A stretch of 64,000 nucleotides of DNA from an uncultured delta proteobacterium. Its GTDB lineage: Bacteria > Myxococcota > Myxococcia > Myxococcales > Myxococcaceae. The translations under genes were made by a program, and so were the position numbers. Numbering within the stretch: the first letter of the stretch is position 1; each line of letters begins with the position of its first letter. Below the pieces are notes generated by a model, which worked only from the letters and a program-made list of their open reading frames with translations, searched no databases and was not told where the DNA came from. Of this stretch, positions 1-8,780 are shown piece by piece. Location: the NCBI GenBank assembly GCA_963713045.1, contig CAVQKE010000003.1:448001-512000 (forward strand). The letters are read 5' to 3'.

Positions 1-2
1 AC

Positions 3-1097
3 CTCACCCTGCACGAGTGGGCGGCCGGCATGCGTCGCCAGAAGCTGATGCCGGACATCCGAGAGCTCTTCCGCCCCGAGGGCTTCTACCTGAGTGCGCC
101 GGACCGGGCGTACACCGCCGCCGGCAGCTTCATCCGCTGGCTTCGGGACACCTTTGGCACCGCCAAGCTGCAGGCCCTCCTTGCGCACGCCGACTTCCAG
201 GGCGTTTACGGCCAACCCCTGGAGGCCCTGGCCGGCGAGTGGGAGCGGATGCTCGACGCCATCCAACTCGACGACCGGAGCATCAACCGGGCCTTCAGCC
301 GATTCCGACAAGGAAGTGTCTTTGCCAGGCCCTGTGCCCGGGAGGTGGCCGCCCTCTCGGCACAGTCCCACTCTGAAGCCAATCCACTTCGCGCCTTGGA
401 GCTCGTCCGCCGCTGCGTCTCGCTCCAGCCGGACGAGCCCGGTCACGCCTTGCTCGAGGCGTCTCTGCTGGAGCGACTCGGTCGATTCTCCGAGGCGAGC
501 CAGGTGCTGCTTCAGTTGCAGAATCGGGTGGAGGGGCTCCCGGCCCTGGAAGTGGAGGCGGGGCTGGCACGCGTTCGATTGGCCTTCCTCTCAGCAGAGT
601 GGGACGACGCGCCGGCTCTCCTCGAGCAGATGGCCAGCGCCAAGCCTGGGCTCAACCTAGAACGACAGGTGGCGGTGTGGCGGAGTGCCGAAGCAGCCGG
701 GGAGGCCGGGAGGATGGTGATGGCCTATTTGGCGCGCCCCGATGAGCTGCGCGAGGTGGGTTTGGAGCGGGCCTTGGCCCTGGCCCCCGAACAGCCACTG
801 GTGCACTACCTCCTCGGGCGCAAACTCCTCGAGCTCGACGCGCCGGCCGCCGCTGGAGCACATTTGCGTACTGCCCTGACGCTCGGACTTCCCTCTCCGA
901 TTGACCGCGAGGCGTGGCGGCTGCGCGTGTCGGCCGACTACCTGGCGGGGGATTGTGGCGCCGTTGCGGACGATGCCGGTCAGCTGCCCGACTTCGGTTT
1001 GGGGCTTCGGGCCGAAGTGACGGAATGGCAGGCGCGCTGCGCATTTGATGTCAAGACGTTCAAGGGTCCCCTGGTGCCGGCGGACCCTTTTCGCTAA
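3..1097 (+). CDS. Hypothetical protein with TPR-like helical C-terminus, 5'-truncated by the window edge
   Basis: Frame is open from position 3 through ORF 30..1097; Ala/Leu-rich helical repeats (e.g. PEQPLVHYLLGRKLLE); coding-like codon usage. Confidence 0.7.
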   Translation, partial: LTLHEWAAGMRRQKLMPDIRELFRPEGFYLSAPDRAYTAAGSFIRWLRDTFGTAKLQALLAHADFQGVYGQPLEALAGEWERMLDAIQLDDRSINRAFSRFRQGSVFARPCAREVAALSAQSHSEANPLRALELVRRCVSLQPDEPGHALLEASLLERLGRFSEASQVLLQLQNRVEGLPALEVEAGLARVRLAFLSAEWDDAPALLEQMASAKPGLNLERQVAVWRSAEAAGEAGRMVMAYLARPDELREVGLERALALAPEQPLVHYLLGRKLLELDAPAAAGAHLRTALTLGLPSPIDREAWRLRVSADYLAGDCGAVADDAGQLPDFGLGLRAEVTEWQARCAFDVKTFKGPLVPADPFR

Positions 1098-1111
1098 GGC
1101 TCCCCGCCCGC

Positions 1112-1645
1112 ATGCGCTTTGAGACACGAGCCTTTTTCGACGGAAGCCTGGAGGAGGTTGAGCAGGCGATGCTCGACCCTCGCTATCTGGACTATCTCTT
1201 GCATCACCATGAGGTCTTGCTCGAGGTGCAACTGCTGGAAAAGTCGGAGGAGGGGGCGATTGTGCGTCGCCGGGTCCGCTATCGGCCCAAACCAGTCATT
1301 GCCAGCGTGGGTCCGAAAGCGGTCCCGGCGGAGTGGTTTGCCTTCGTCGAAGAGTCCACCTACGACCGGGCGCGGCACGAGCTGCGCTTCACCAACGTCC
1401 CGGCCAACACCAAAATCAGCCGCCTCCTCCTCAACACCGGGACGTTACGTTTGCGGTCGGCCGGGTCCGGGTGCGAGCGGCTTCTGGAGGGCGAAATCAA
1501 GCTGTCCCTCCCCTTTTTCCTGAAGCCTCTGGCCATGGTGGGCGAACGCCTCATCCAGGGGGAAGGGTTGAAAATTCTCGACGCCGAGGCGCCCGTCCTC
1601 AACCGCTTCATCCGCGAAGTGCTCCGTCCGGCGGGGTCCGCGTGA
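1112..1645 (+). CDS. DUF2505/START-like (SRPBCC) family protein
   Basis: 177 aa ORF; pattern resembling helix-grip fold proteins; stop overlaps next start (GTGA). Confidence 0.65.
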   Translation: MRFETRAFFDGSLEEVEQAMLDPRYLDYLLHHHEVLLEVQLLEKSEEGAIVRRRVRYRPKPVIASVGPKAVPAEWFAFVEESTYDRARHELRFTNVPANTKISRLLLNTGTLRLRSAGSGCERLLEGEIKLSLPFFLKPLAMVGERLIQGEGLKILDAEAPVLNRFIREVLRPAGSA

Positions 1646-2091
1646 AGAGGCGCTGGGCTCTGCTTCTCGCGGCCACCGTCGGCTGCGCAGCGCACAAAAT
1701 TCCGGGAACGGACATCGACGAGACGGCCGACGCGGACGCCATCATCGAAGTGCTCGGAAAGTACAACACCGCCATCGACGCGAGAGACGCAGCCGGAATC
1801 CTCGCCTTGGTCGACACCAGCTTTTACGACGACGCCGGCACGCTGACCCCAGAGGACGACCTCGACTACACCGCCTTGAAGACCAAGCTGCCGGTGATGC
1901 TTCAGAAATTCCAGGACGTGGGACTGAAGATTACCGTCAAGACGCTGGCCATCGCGGGTGACAAAGCCTCCTTGGTTTACAACTACGTCCTCACCTTTCG
2001 GATTGGACAGAAGGTGACGACCGAGTCGGACATCAAGCGAATGGACTTCAAGCGGGTGAACGGCGTCTGGAAAATCGTGAAGGGCGTCTAG
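1642..2091 (+). CDS. Lipoprotein, NTF2/SnoaL-like fold
   Basis: GTG at 1642 overlapping upstream TGA; MKRRWALLLAATVGC lipobox; C-terminal WKIV strand typical of NTF2-like proteins. Confidence 0.75.
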   Translation: MKRRWALLLAATVGCAAHKIPGTDIDETADADAIIEVLGKYNTAIDARDAAGILALVDTSFYDDAGTLTPEDDLDYTALKTKLPVMLQKFQDVGLKITVKTLAIAGDKASLVYNYVLTFRIGQKVTTESDIKRMDFKRVNGVWKIVKGV

Positions 2092-2100
2092 CAGCGGCTG

Positions 2101-2559
2101 TCAGTCGACCGGTGTGACACTCGCCTCCACCAGCCGCCATTCACCGTTCTCGTCGGCGAACAGCGCCTCGACGTGAAACTGGCCGGTTTGCGCCTCGGTG
2201 AGGGCGGCCAGCCCGGCCCCGCCGGCACGGGCCGCTGCCACTCGGCCCACCCAGCGCACCCGGCCGTCTGACTCGGGCTGCACCTCTGCCTGAAGCGTCA
2301 CCACCTTGAATCCGCTGCCGCGGAGCACTTCGCCCAGCACCACTCGGCGGAGGTCCGCCCGGTCCCCGAGGGTGGAGGAACGAAATTTCTCGGAGACGTG
2401 GCTCAGTACACCCGCGGCGTCGCGGCGCTCCAAGCCGCGCTCCATCTCCTGGACTGCAGCCCGGACGCTCTCCTCGGGCGAGGACGCATGGGGCCACAGC
2501 GCATAGACCCCCACGGCCAGGGCCAGTCCGAGCACTCCCAGGGCAAGTCTGCCTCTCAC
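2101..2559 (-). CDS. Membrane-anchored NTF2-like protein
   Basis: N-terminal hydrophobic helix (LALGVLGLALAVGVYALW), RDAAGVLSHVS and GEWRLV motifs; start uncertain (GTG 2559 or 2577). Confidence 0.6.
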   Translation of the reverse strand: MRGRLALGVLGLALAVGVYALWPHASSPEESVRAAVQEMERGLERRDAAGVLSHVSEKFRSSTLGDRADLRRVVLGEVLRGSGFKVVTLQAEVQPESDGRVRWVGRVAAARAGGAGLAALTEAQTGQFHVEALFADENGEWRLVEASVTPVD

Positions 2560-2616
2560 CGGCTCCAGAGCATGCACCGCAAGCCACCCCGTCCGCGCTA
2601 GGGTGACGCCCCTGCC

Positions 2617-3594
2617 ATGTCCCCCACCTCGAAAAACGCCCGACAAGTCCCGAAGAAGCGGAAAGCACCCGTCCGCCGGCGCAAAGCGACAGTGCGGGGA
2701 CTGGCCGCCGGCCAGCTTTTGCAGGATGTGCCTGCCGACGCGATGGCGCTGGCCACAGCCATCACCGCCGACGGTGGAGTCCCACTGGTTGCGTTCCGAG
2801 ACCCTCTGGGCGGTCATGGGGTGGTCCTCGCCGCCCTACCGCTCAGCAAAGTCCAGCCAACTCCCTACCAACGCGACCTCTCTGAACCCCACGTGCGCCG
2901 CTTGGCCTCGGCCATGACGCGGGTCGACCGCTTCCTCGACCCCATCATCGCAGTCCGGCAGGAGGGTCAGTATTGGACGCCCAATGGCAACCACCGCCTC
3001 GCCGCGGCGCGCTTTCTCGGAGCCCAATCGGTGGTGGCCCTGGTACTGCCGGAGGCAGATGTGGCATTCCAAATTCTCGCGCTCAACACCGAAAAGGCGC
3101 ACAACCTCAAAGAGCGCTCTTTGGAAGTCATCCGCATGCTGCGGGGCCTAGCGGCTGCCCGGGGCGGCACTGAGTTGGACGTGGCGCCCCTGCTGGAAGA
3201 GCCGGCCTTTGCGACGCTGGGGGCCGCCTATGAAAAGCGGCCCCGCCTTTCCGGCGGCGCTTACCAATCCATCGTCAAGCGCATCGATGGCTTTCTGGAG
3301 GAGCCGTTGGTGGAGGCCCTTGCCATTCGCGAGGAGCGGGCCGACGCGTTACTCAAGCTCGACGACGCCGTGTCAGCAGTCGTGGAGCGGCTGAAGGCGC
3401 GCGGACTCACCAGCCCCTACCTCAAGGCCTTCGTGGTGGCGCGAATCAACTACCTTCGTTTCGTCAAGACAGCGCCGGAGTTTGACGCCGCGCTGGAGAA
3501 GCTCACTCGGGCGGCGGAGCGCTTCAGCGCGGACCGGGTGCGCCAGGAGGACGTGCGGGCCTCTGGGCCCCCGGATGCCACCGACGAAGGGTAG
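2617..3594 (+). CDS. ParB/Srx N-terminal domain protein
   Basis: PYQRD...DPII...NGNHRLAAA ParB-like motif; basic N-terminal tail. Confidence 0.8.
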   Translation: MSPTSKNARQVPKKRKAPVRRRKATVRGLAAGQLLQDVPADAMALATAITADGGVPLVAFRDPLGGHGVVLAALPLSKVQPTPYQRDLSEPHVRRLASAMTRVDRFLDPIIAVRQEGQYWTPNGNHRLAAARFLGAQSVVALVLPEADVAFQILALNTEKAHNLKERSLEVIRMLRGLAAARGGTELDVAPLLEEPAFATLGAAYEKRPRLSGGAYQSIVKRIDGFLEEPLVEALAIREERADALLKLDDAVSAVVERLKARGLTSPYLKAFVVARINYLRFVKTAPEFDAALEKLTRAAERFSADRVRQEDVRASGPPDATDEG

Positions 3595-3610
3595 AGTGCA
3601 GCGAGCGTCC

Positions 3611-4987
3611 ATGGCCAATTCCACCGTTCTCGTCGTCGATGATGACCGCGCCAATCTCGATTCGGTGGCGCGGATTTTTCAGCACGAGGGGCTGGCCACC
3701 CTCATCGCCTCCGACGGCGAAGAAGGATTGAAGCTTCTGCGGCGGCCCGAAGTGGGCGTGTTGGTAACGGACTTGATGATGCCCGGGCTGGATGGCCAGG
3801 AATTGCTGCGAACAGCGCGCTCGATGCGGCCGGATGTCGAAGTGGTGTTGATGACCGCCTACGGGACGGTGGAAGCCGCCGTCTCCGCGATGAAGGACGG
3901 CGCCTACGACTTCATCACCAAGCCGCTCAAGCGCCATGCCTTGGTCAAAACCGTTCAGCGGGCGATGGAGCACCGCGCGCTGATGGCTGAGAACGAGGCC
4001 CTCAAGGCGCAGCTGGCTGACCTCGGCGCACCCGGCGGACGGACGTTGATTGGCCAGTCGCCGGCGTTCCGGGCGCTGATGGAAACATTGCGCCAGGCGG
4101 CCGCGGCGCACGCCACCGTTCTCCTGGTCGGCGAGTCCGGGACCGGCAAGGAGCTGGCAGCTCGGGCCCTCCACGAGTTGTCGCCCCGGGCGAGTGGGCC
4201 CTTCGTCGCGGTCAACTGCGGCGCCATCCCAGAGACTCTTCTCGAAGCCGAACTCTTCGGCGTGGAGAAGGGGGCCTTTACCGGGGCACTCGCTCGACGC
4301 GAGGGTCGCTTCGAGCGCGCCCACGGGGGCACCCTGTTTCTCGACGAAGTGGGCGAGCTCTCCCTGAGTGCGCAGGTCAAGCTGCTCCGGGTGCTTCAGG
4401 AAGGCGAGATTGAACGACTCGGCGGCTCGGGCCCCATCACGGTGGACGTCCGGGTGGTGTCTGCAACGCGGCGCGAGTTGCCGCGGGAGGTGGCCGAGGG
4501 CAGGTTTCGCGAAGACCTCTACTACCGACTCAACGTGGTCGAGGTCCGCATTCCTCCACTCGCCTCGCGGCGGGAGGACGTGCCGCTCTTGGCCGACCAT
4601 TTTTTGCGCCGCTTCGCTGCCAAGAACGCCAAACCCCTCCGAGGCCTTTCCGCCGAGGCACTGCAGGCCTTGGAGGACTACGCCTGGCCTGGCAACGTCC
4701 GTGAATTGGAGCACGCCGTCGAGCGCGCGGTCGTCCTGGCCCGAGGCGAAGTGCTCGAGGTCGGCGACTTTCCCGAATCGGTCCGCACCGGGCCCAGAGG
4801 GGCAGCCGGCCAAGTGGTCATCCCCATCGGGACCCCGATGGAGGAGGTGGAGCGACGACTCATTCACGAGACGTTGCGCCATACCGGGGGGGACAAGACG
4901 ATGGCCGCTCGGCTGCTCGGCATCGCCGCGCGGACCATCTACCGGAAGCTCGAGCGCGAACGGGGCGACGAGCCCGAAGAGCCCTGA
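3611..4987 (+). CDS. NtrC-family sigma54-dependent response regulator (REC-AAA+-Fis HTH)
   Basis: VLVVDDD/TDLMMP/KP receiver; Walker [31 protein letters not shown]-terminal HTH. Confidence 0.95.
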   Translation: MANSTVLVVDDDRANLDSVARIFQHEGLATLIASDGEEGLKLLRRPEVGVLVTDLMMPGLDGQELLRTARSMRPDVEVVLMTAYGTVEAAVSAMKDGAYDFITKPLKRHALVKTVQRAMEHRALMAENEALKAQLADLGAPGGRTLIGQSPAFRALMETLRQAAAAHATVLLVGESGTGKELAARALHELSPRASGPFVAVNCGAIPETLLEAELFGVEKGAFTGALARREGRFERAHGGTLFLDEVGELSLSAQVKLLRVLQEGEIERLGGSGPITVDVRVVSATRRELPREVAEGRFREDLYYRLNVVEVRIPPLASRREDVPLLADHFLRRFAAKNAKPLRGLSAEALQALEDYAWPGNVRELEHAVERAVVLARGEVLEVGDFPESVRTGPRGAAGQVVIPIGTPMEEVERRLIHETLRHTGGDKTMAARLLGIAARTIYRKLERERGDEPEEP

Positions 4988-5030
4988 CACGGCGTCTCGC
5001 CCGGCCCCAGGCCGCCGTGACAAAATGTCT
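4985..5030. promoter_or_regulatory. Candidate tandem enhancer (bEBP-binding) sites
   Basis: TGACACGGCGTCT (4985-4997) and TGACAAAATGTCT (5018-5030): both TGAC-N5-GTCT with a GAC/GTC dyad, 33 bp apart, upstream of the sigma54 box. Confidence 0.55.
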
Positions 5031-5081
5031 TAAACATCCGGAAGGGCCTCCAGCCGCCCCACGAGGCACCTGCCCGCTCGC

Positions 5082-5097
5082 TGGCATCTGGCTTGCT
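5082..5097 (+). promoter_or_regulatory. sigma54 (-24/-12) promoter of the gsp operon
   Basis: TGGCATCTGGCTTGCT = TGGCA-N6-TTGCT with exact GG-N10-GC spacing, ~30 bp before gspC. Confidence 0.8.
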
Positions 5098-5126
5098 GTA
5101 GCAACCCACCGGTGCCTACCGAGCCG

Positions 5127-6017
5127 TTGGAATTGCTGTTCCGAAAGTACTTCTGGGCAATCCAGCTTGCCTGCATTGCGACCGCTGCACTCCTGGCGGC
5201 CAAAATCGTCAATCTCTTCATCGAAGGAGCCATCCTCCCGAGCACTTCGTCGCCGACGGTGGTGGCGACCCGACCGGCCAGTCCTCTACAGACGGCCGCT
5301 GTTCTGGACGTCGAGCACTTCGCCCGGCTGACCGGGCTGGTTCCACCGGTCGAGCCGAGCCCCGACAGTCCGGGCAAAGTCGACTTGACCGGCGAGCCGG
5401 TACGCACCTCCATGCGGGCCAAACTGCTGGGCACCTTGCGCGCCGGCCAACCGGAATGGTCGCTCGCTTCGGTGCTGGAAGTCAGCGCCCAGCGAAGCGT
5501 GACGGTGATGGTTGGGGACCGCCTGTTGACCTCGACCGTACTGGACATCCTGCGCGACCGGGTCATCGTCCTTAACAACGGGCGGCGGGAGTACGTCAGC
5601 GCGGAAACCGGCGACACCGGAGCGCCGGGTCTGCCCACCACCACCAAGGTGACCGAGCCGGTGGGCGCCTGGGGGGCGGGCATCAACAAATTGGACCCCA
5701 ACAATTATGAAGTGCCCCGGTCGGAGGTGGATCGCGCCATCAACAACCTCAACGACCTTGCGATGCAGGCGCGCCTGGTACCGGCCTTCAAGGATGGTCA
5801 GCCAGAGGGCTTCAAGCTCTTCTCCATCCGGCCCGACTCCCTCTATTCGAAAATCGGCATCCAGAATGGCGATGTCATCACCCGCATCAACGGCTTGGAC
5901 ATGAACGACCCGGCCAAGGCGCTGGAAGTTTACACCAAGCTCAAAGACGCCCCGCGCATCGACGTCGATGTCGACCGAAACGGCACCATGCAGCGGATGA
6001 CTTACACCGTTCACTGA
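5127..6017 (+). CDS. gspC: Type II secretion protein GspC (TM, HR and PDZ domains)
   Basis: N-terminal TM; PDZ (GFKLFSIRPDSLYSKIGIQNGDVITRING); first gene of cluster; start TTG 5127 (alternative GTG 5112). Confidence 0.9.
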   Translation: MELLFRKYFWAIQLACIATAALLAAKIVNLFIEGAILPSTSSPTVVATRPASPLQTAAVLDVEHFARLTGLVPPVEPSPDSPGKVDLTGEPVRTSMRAKLLGTLRAGQPEWSLASVLEVSAQRSVTVMVGDRLLTSTVLDILRDRVIVLNNGRREYVSAETGDTGAPGLPTTTKVTEPVGAWGAGINKLDPNNYEVPRSEVDRAINNLNDLAMQARLVPAFKDGQPEGFKLFSIRPDSLYSKIGIQNGDVITRINGLDMNDPAKALEVYTKLKDAPRIDVDVDRNGTMQRMTYTVH

Positions 6018-6051
6018 CCCCGCGTCCGCCGGTCGCGGGACCCCCCAGGAA

Positions 6052-8778
6052 ATGAACGCACTCCTCCAGAGTTCTCTCCTCCTTCCGCTGCTCCTTGGAC
6101 AATTCCAAGGCGCTGTTCCCACCGCTGACGGCGGCGTGGCCAAGGTGCCCCCCTTCGTTCCAGCCGCCAAAGGGCCGCCGCCCGCGGGACCCGGCGGGCA
6201 AAGGGGGAGGGCAACGGTCGTCCCCGATGCTGTGGAGAAAGCTCCGCAAGCAGCGTCCACTCGGACCACGCCCAACTGCAGCGAAGTTCGGCGAAACGCG
6301 CGCTTCAATGTCTATTTCGAAAAAGTGGACATCGACAAACTGGTACAGACCGTGGCCGATGCCACCTGCAAGACGTTCATTCTCGCCGAAAACATCAAGG
6401 GGAAAATCTCGGTCATCGGCCCTGACAACGGCCGCGTTGAAGTCACCGCCGACGAATTCTATGCAGCTTTTCTTGCGGCGCTCGACGCCAACAACCTCGC
6501 ATTGGTCCCCTTCGGAAAGTTTTCGAAGGTGGTCGAGAAGGCGAAGGCAAAGCAGAACGACATTCCCACCATCACTGACTTGAGCAGCGACTACACCACC
6601 AACGAGCAGATGATTACCCGTCTGTTCAAGGTCCACTACGTCGAGCTCGACCCGCTACGAAATGTGGTCCAGCAACTGGTGAGCCCCGGCGGCGACAGCA
6701 TCGTTTTCCAGCCCGATACGCTGATCGTCAACGACATCGGCGGCAACATGCACCGCATTGAGCGAATTATCGAGCAACTCGACGTCAGGAGCCTGAGCGA
6801 CGAGATCCGCATCGTGCAGGTTCGGTTTGCGTTGGCCGCGGATGTTGCCGCCACGATCACCAAGCTCTTCGAACAAAAGGGACGCCCGGGGACTCGCGCG
6901 GCCACGCTGCCCCTTCAAGCCGAACCGCATCCTTCGACGCCGAACGCCCCCAACCTCCCGCCCGGCACCAGCACCGCCCCGCAGGGCGTCCCAGTGACGC
7001 TGTTCACCATCATTCCCGACGAGCGCACCAACAAGCTCATCATCGTCGCCAGCGCCAGCGCCAATGAGCGAATCAACGACATCATCCGCGAAATCGACGT
7101 CCCCATCTCGGGCGCCGGGCGCATCAACGTCTATACGCTTGCCAATGCCACCGCGGAAGACCTCGCTGCGACGCTTCAGGCCCTCGCCCAAGGCACGGCC
7201 AACCGTCCACGGGGTCCCCAGGGGACACCGCTGCAGCCCGGAATCCAGCCCACGGCACAGCGGCCGGGCAGCGCCCCTGGCGTCGCCGCCACGGAACTGT
7301 TCGCCGGGGAGGTCAAAATCTCCCCGGACAAGGCAACCAACAGCCTGGTGGTGGTGGCCAGCCAGAGCGACTACCGCAACCTGGTGCAAGTCATTGAGAA
7401 GCTCGACCTTCCCCGCCGGCAGGTTTTCGTCGAAGCGGTCATCATGGAAGTCGACATGACGCGGATGACGGAGGTCGGCGTCGCGCTCCACCAGGGGTTT
7501 ACCGTCAACACGTCGCAGGGTCAGGCACTCGGAATCGCCGGGACCAAGTACTCCGGCTCCACACCGCCGTCCTTCTCCATCGCCAACCTGGCCAGCTACA
7601 ACGGCTTTCTGGCCGGAATTCAAGGTCCCGCCATCCCCGCCGCGACCGCTTTGGGGTTGAGCATTCCCGCGTTCGGCATTGTCGTTCATGCGCTCCAAAC
7701 CAGTGCGGGCGTCAACGTGTTGAGTACCCCGCACCTGCTGACCACGGACAACGAGGAGGCGGAAATCACCGTCGGCCAAAACGTACCGTTTCAGGCCGGT
7801 TTCGCACCGTCATCCCTTCCAGGTGTCAACCCGTCGAGCGTGCCGGGAACCGGCACCGCCGCCCTCGGCGCCTCCATCGGTGGGCTGGGCGCGTATTACG
7901 CCCCCATCAGCCGGCAGGACGTGGCGCTCAAGCTGAACATCAAGCCGCAAATCAACGCTGGCGGAAATTACATTCGGATGGTCATCAACGAATCCGACGA
8001 AGAAATCGTCTCCAATGACCCGGTCCTCGGACCGACCCTCGCCAAGCGCACGGCCAAGACGACGGTGGTGGCCAAAGACCAAGAGACGGTCGTCATTGGA
8101 GGCATCCTCCAGGACCGAACCATCGAAAACACCTCGAAGGTTCCGGTCCTGGGAGACATTCCCGTCATTGGGCTTCTCTTCCGGGACAGTTCCAAACAGA
8201 CCATTCGGACCAACCTTCTTTTGTTCCTCACCCCGTACATCATTCGGGACTCGAGCGACTTCCGGCGGATTTTCGAGCGCAAGATGGCCGAGCGGCAGAA
8301 GTTTGTGGAGGACTTCTACGGTGAGCTGCCCCGGTACGAAGTCGCCGTGGACTTCGACCGGAAAGCGGGCCCGCTGGAGAAGATGAACCAAGCGTCGATT
8401 CAGACCCAGAAGCAGGAAGCCGGGATTGGAGCGCCTGGCGACCAAATCATCCGTCCGGCGCCCCCACAACCTCTCACGGTGCCGCCACCACCGGCGTATT
8501 CCCCGCCGGAAGCCGTCCCTTCCAACCCATCTTCCACCCACTGGTATACCGCCCCACCTGCTGAGCCGGCTGGCACAGCGCCCTCGTCTTCCCCCCCCAA
8601 CGCTGAGGCTCCGGCGGCCGCAGCGCCGCCCTCCTCCGCGCCGTCCGCGGCGGAGCCCCCTGCCGCGGCAGCCCCGGCACCTCCAGCCAACCCAGTGCCA
8701 GCCTCTCAGGCGCCGCCGTATGACCGGTCCATGGTCGAACCTCCTCCTGCACCGTCGGCGCCCTCCCACTACCCTTAG
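6052..8778 (+). CDS. gspD: Type II secretion secretin GspD
   Basis: Repeated N-domains (DERTNKLII, DKATNSLVV); QVFVEAVIMEV; KVPVLGDIPVIGLLFR; LLLFLTPYII. Confidence 0.95.
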   Translation: MNALLQSSLLLPLLLGQFQGAVPTADGGVAKVPPFVPAAKGPPPAGPGGQRGRATVVPDAVEKAPQAASTRTTPNCSEVRRNARFNVYFEKVDIDKLVQTVADATCKTFILAENIKGKISVIGPDNGRVEVTADEFYAAFLAALDANNLALVPFGKFSKVVEKAKAKQNDIPTITDLSSDYTTNEQMITRLFKVHYVELDPLRNVVQQLVSPGGDSIVFQPDTLIVNDIGGNMHRIERIIEQLDVRSLSDEIRIVQVRFALAADVAATITKLFEQKGRPGTRAATLPLQAEPHPSTPNAPNLPPGTSTAPQGVPVTLFTIIPDERTNKLIIVASASANERINDIIREIDVPISGAGRINVYTLANATAEDLAATLQALAQGTANRPRGPQGTPLQPGIQPTAQRPGSAPGVAATELFAGEVKISPDKATNSLVVVASQSDYRNLVQVIEKLDLPRRQVFVEAVIMEVDMTRMTEVGVALHQGFTVNTSQGQALGIAGTKYSGSTPPSFSIANLASYNGFLAGIQGPAIPAATALGLSIPAFGIVVHALQTSAGVNVLSTPHLLTTDNEEAEITVGQNVPFQAGFAPSSLPGVNPSSVPGTGTAALGASIGGLGAYYAPISRQDVALKLNIKPQINAGGNYIRMVINESDEEIVSNDPVLGPTLAKRTAKTTVVAKDQETVVIGGILQDRTIENTSKVPVLGDIPVIGLLFRDSSKQTIRTNLLLFLTPYIIRDSSDFRRIFERKMAERQKFVEDFYGELPRYEVAVDFDRKAGPLEKMNQASIQTQKQEAGIGAPGDQIIRPAPPQPLTVPPPPAYSPPEAVPSNPSSTHWYTAPPAEPAGTAPSSSPPNAEAPAAAAPPSSAPSAAEPPAAAAPAPPANPVPASQAPPYDRSMVEPPPAPSAPSHYP

Positions 8779-8780
8779 CC

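Noticed and set aside
3524..5023. 499-aa antisense ORF and many similar overlapping ORFs (e.g. 9654-10826, 44435-45850, 51718-52836)
   Set aside because: Mirror frames of well-supported genes with no motifs of their own
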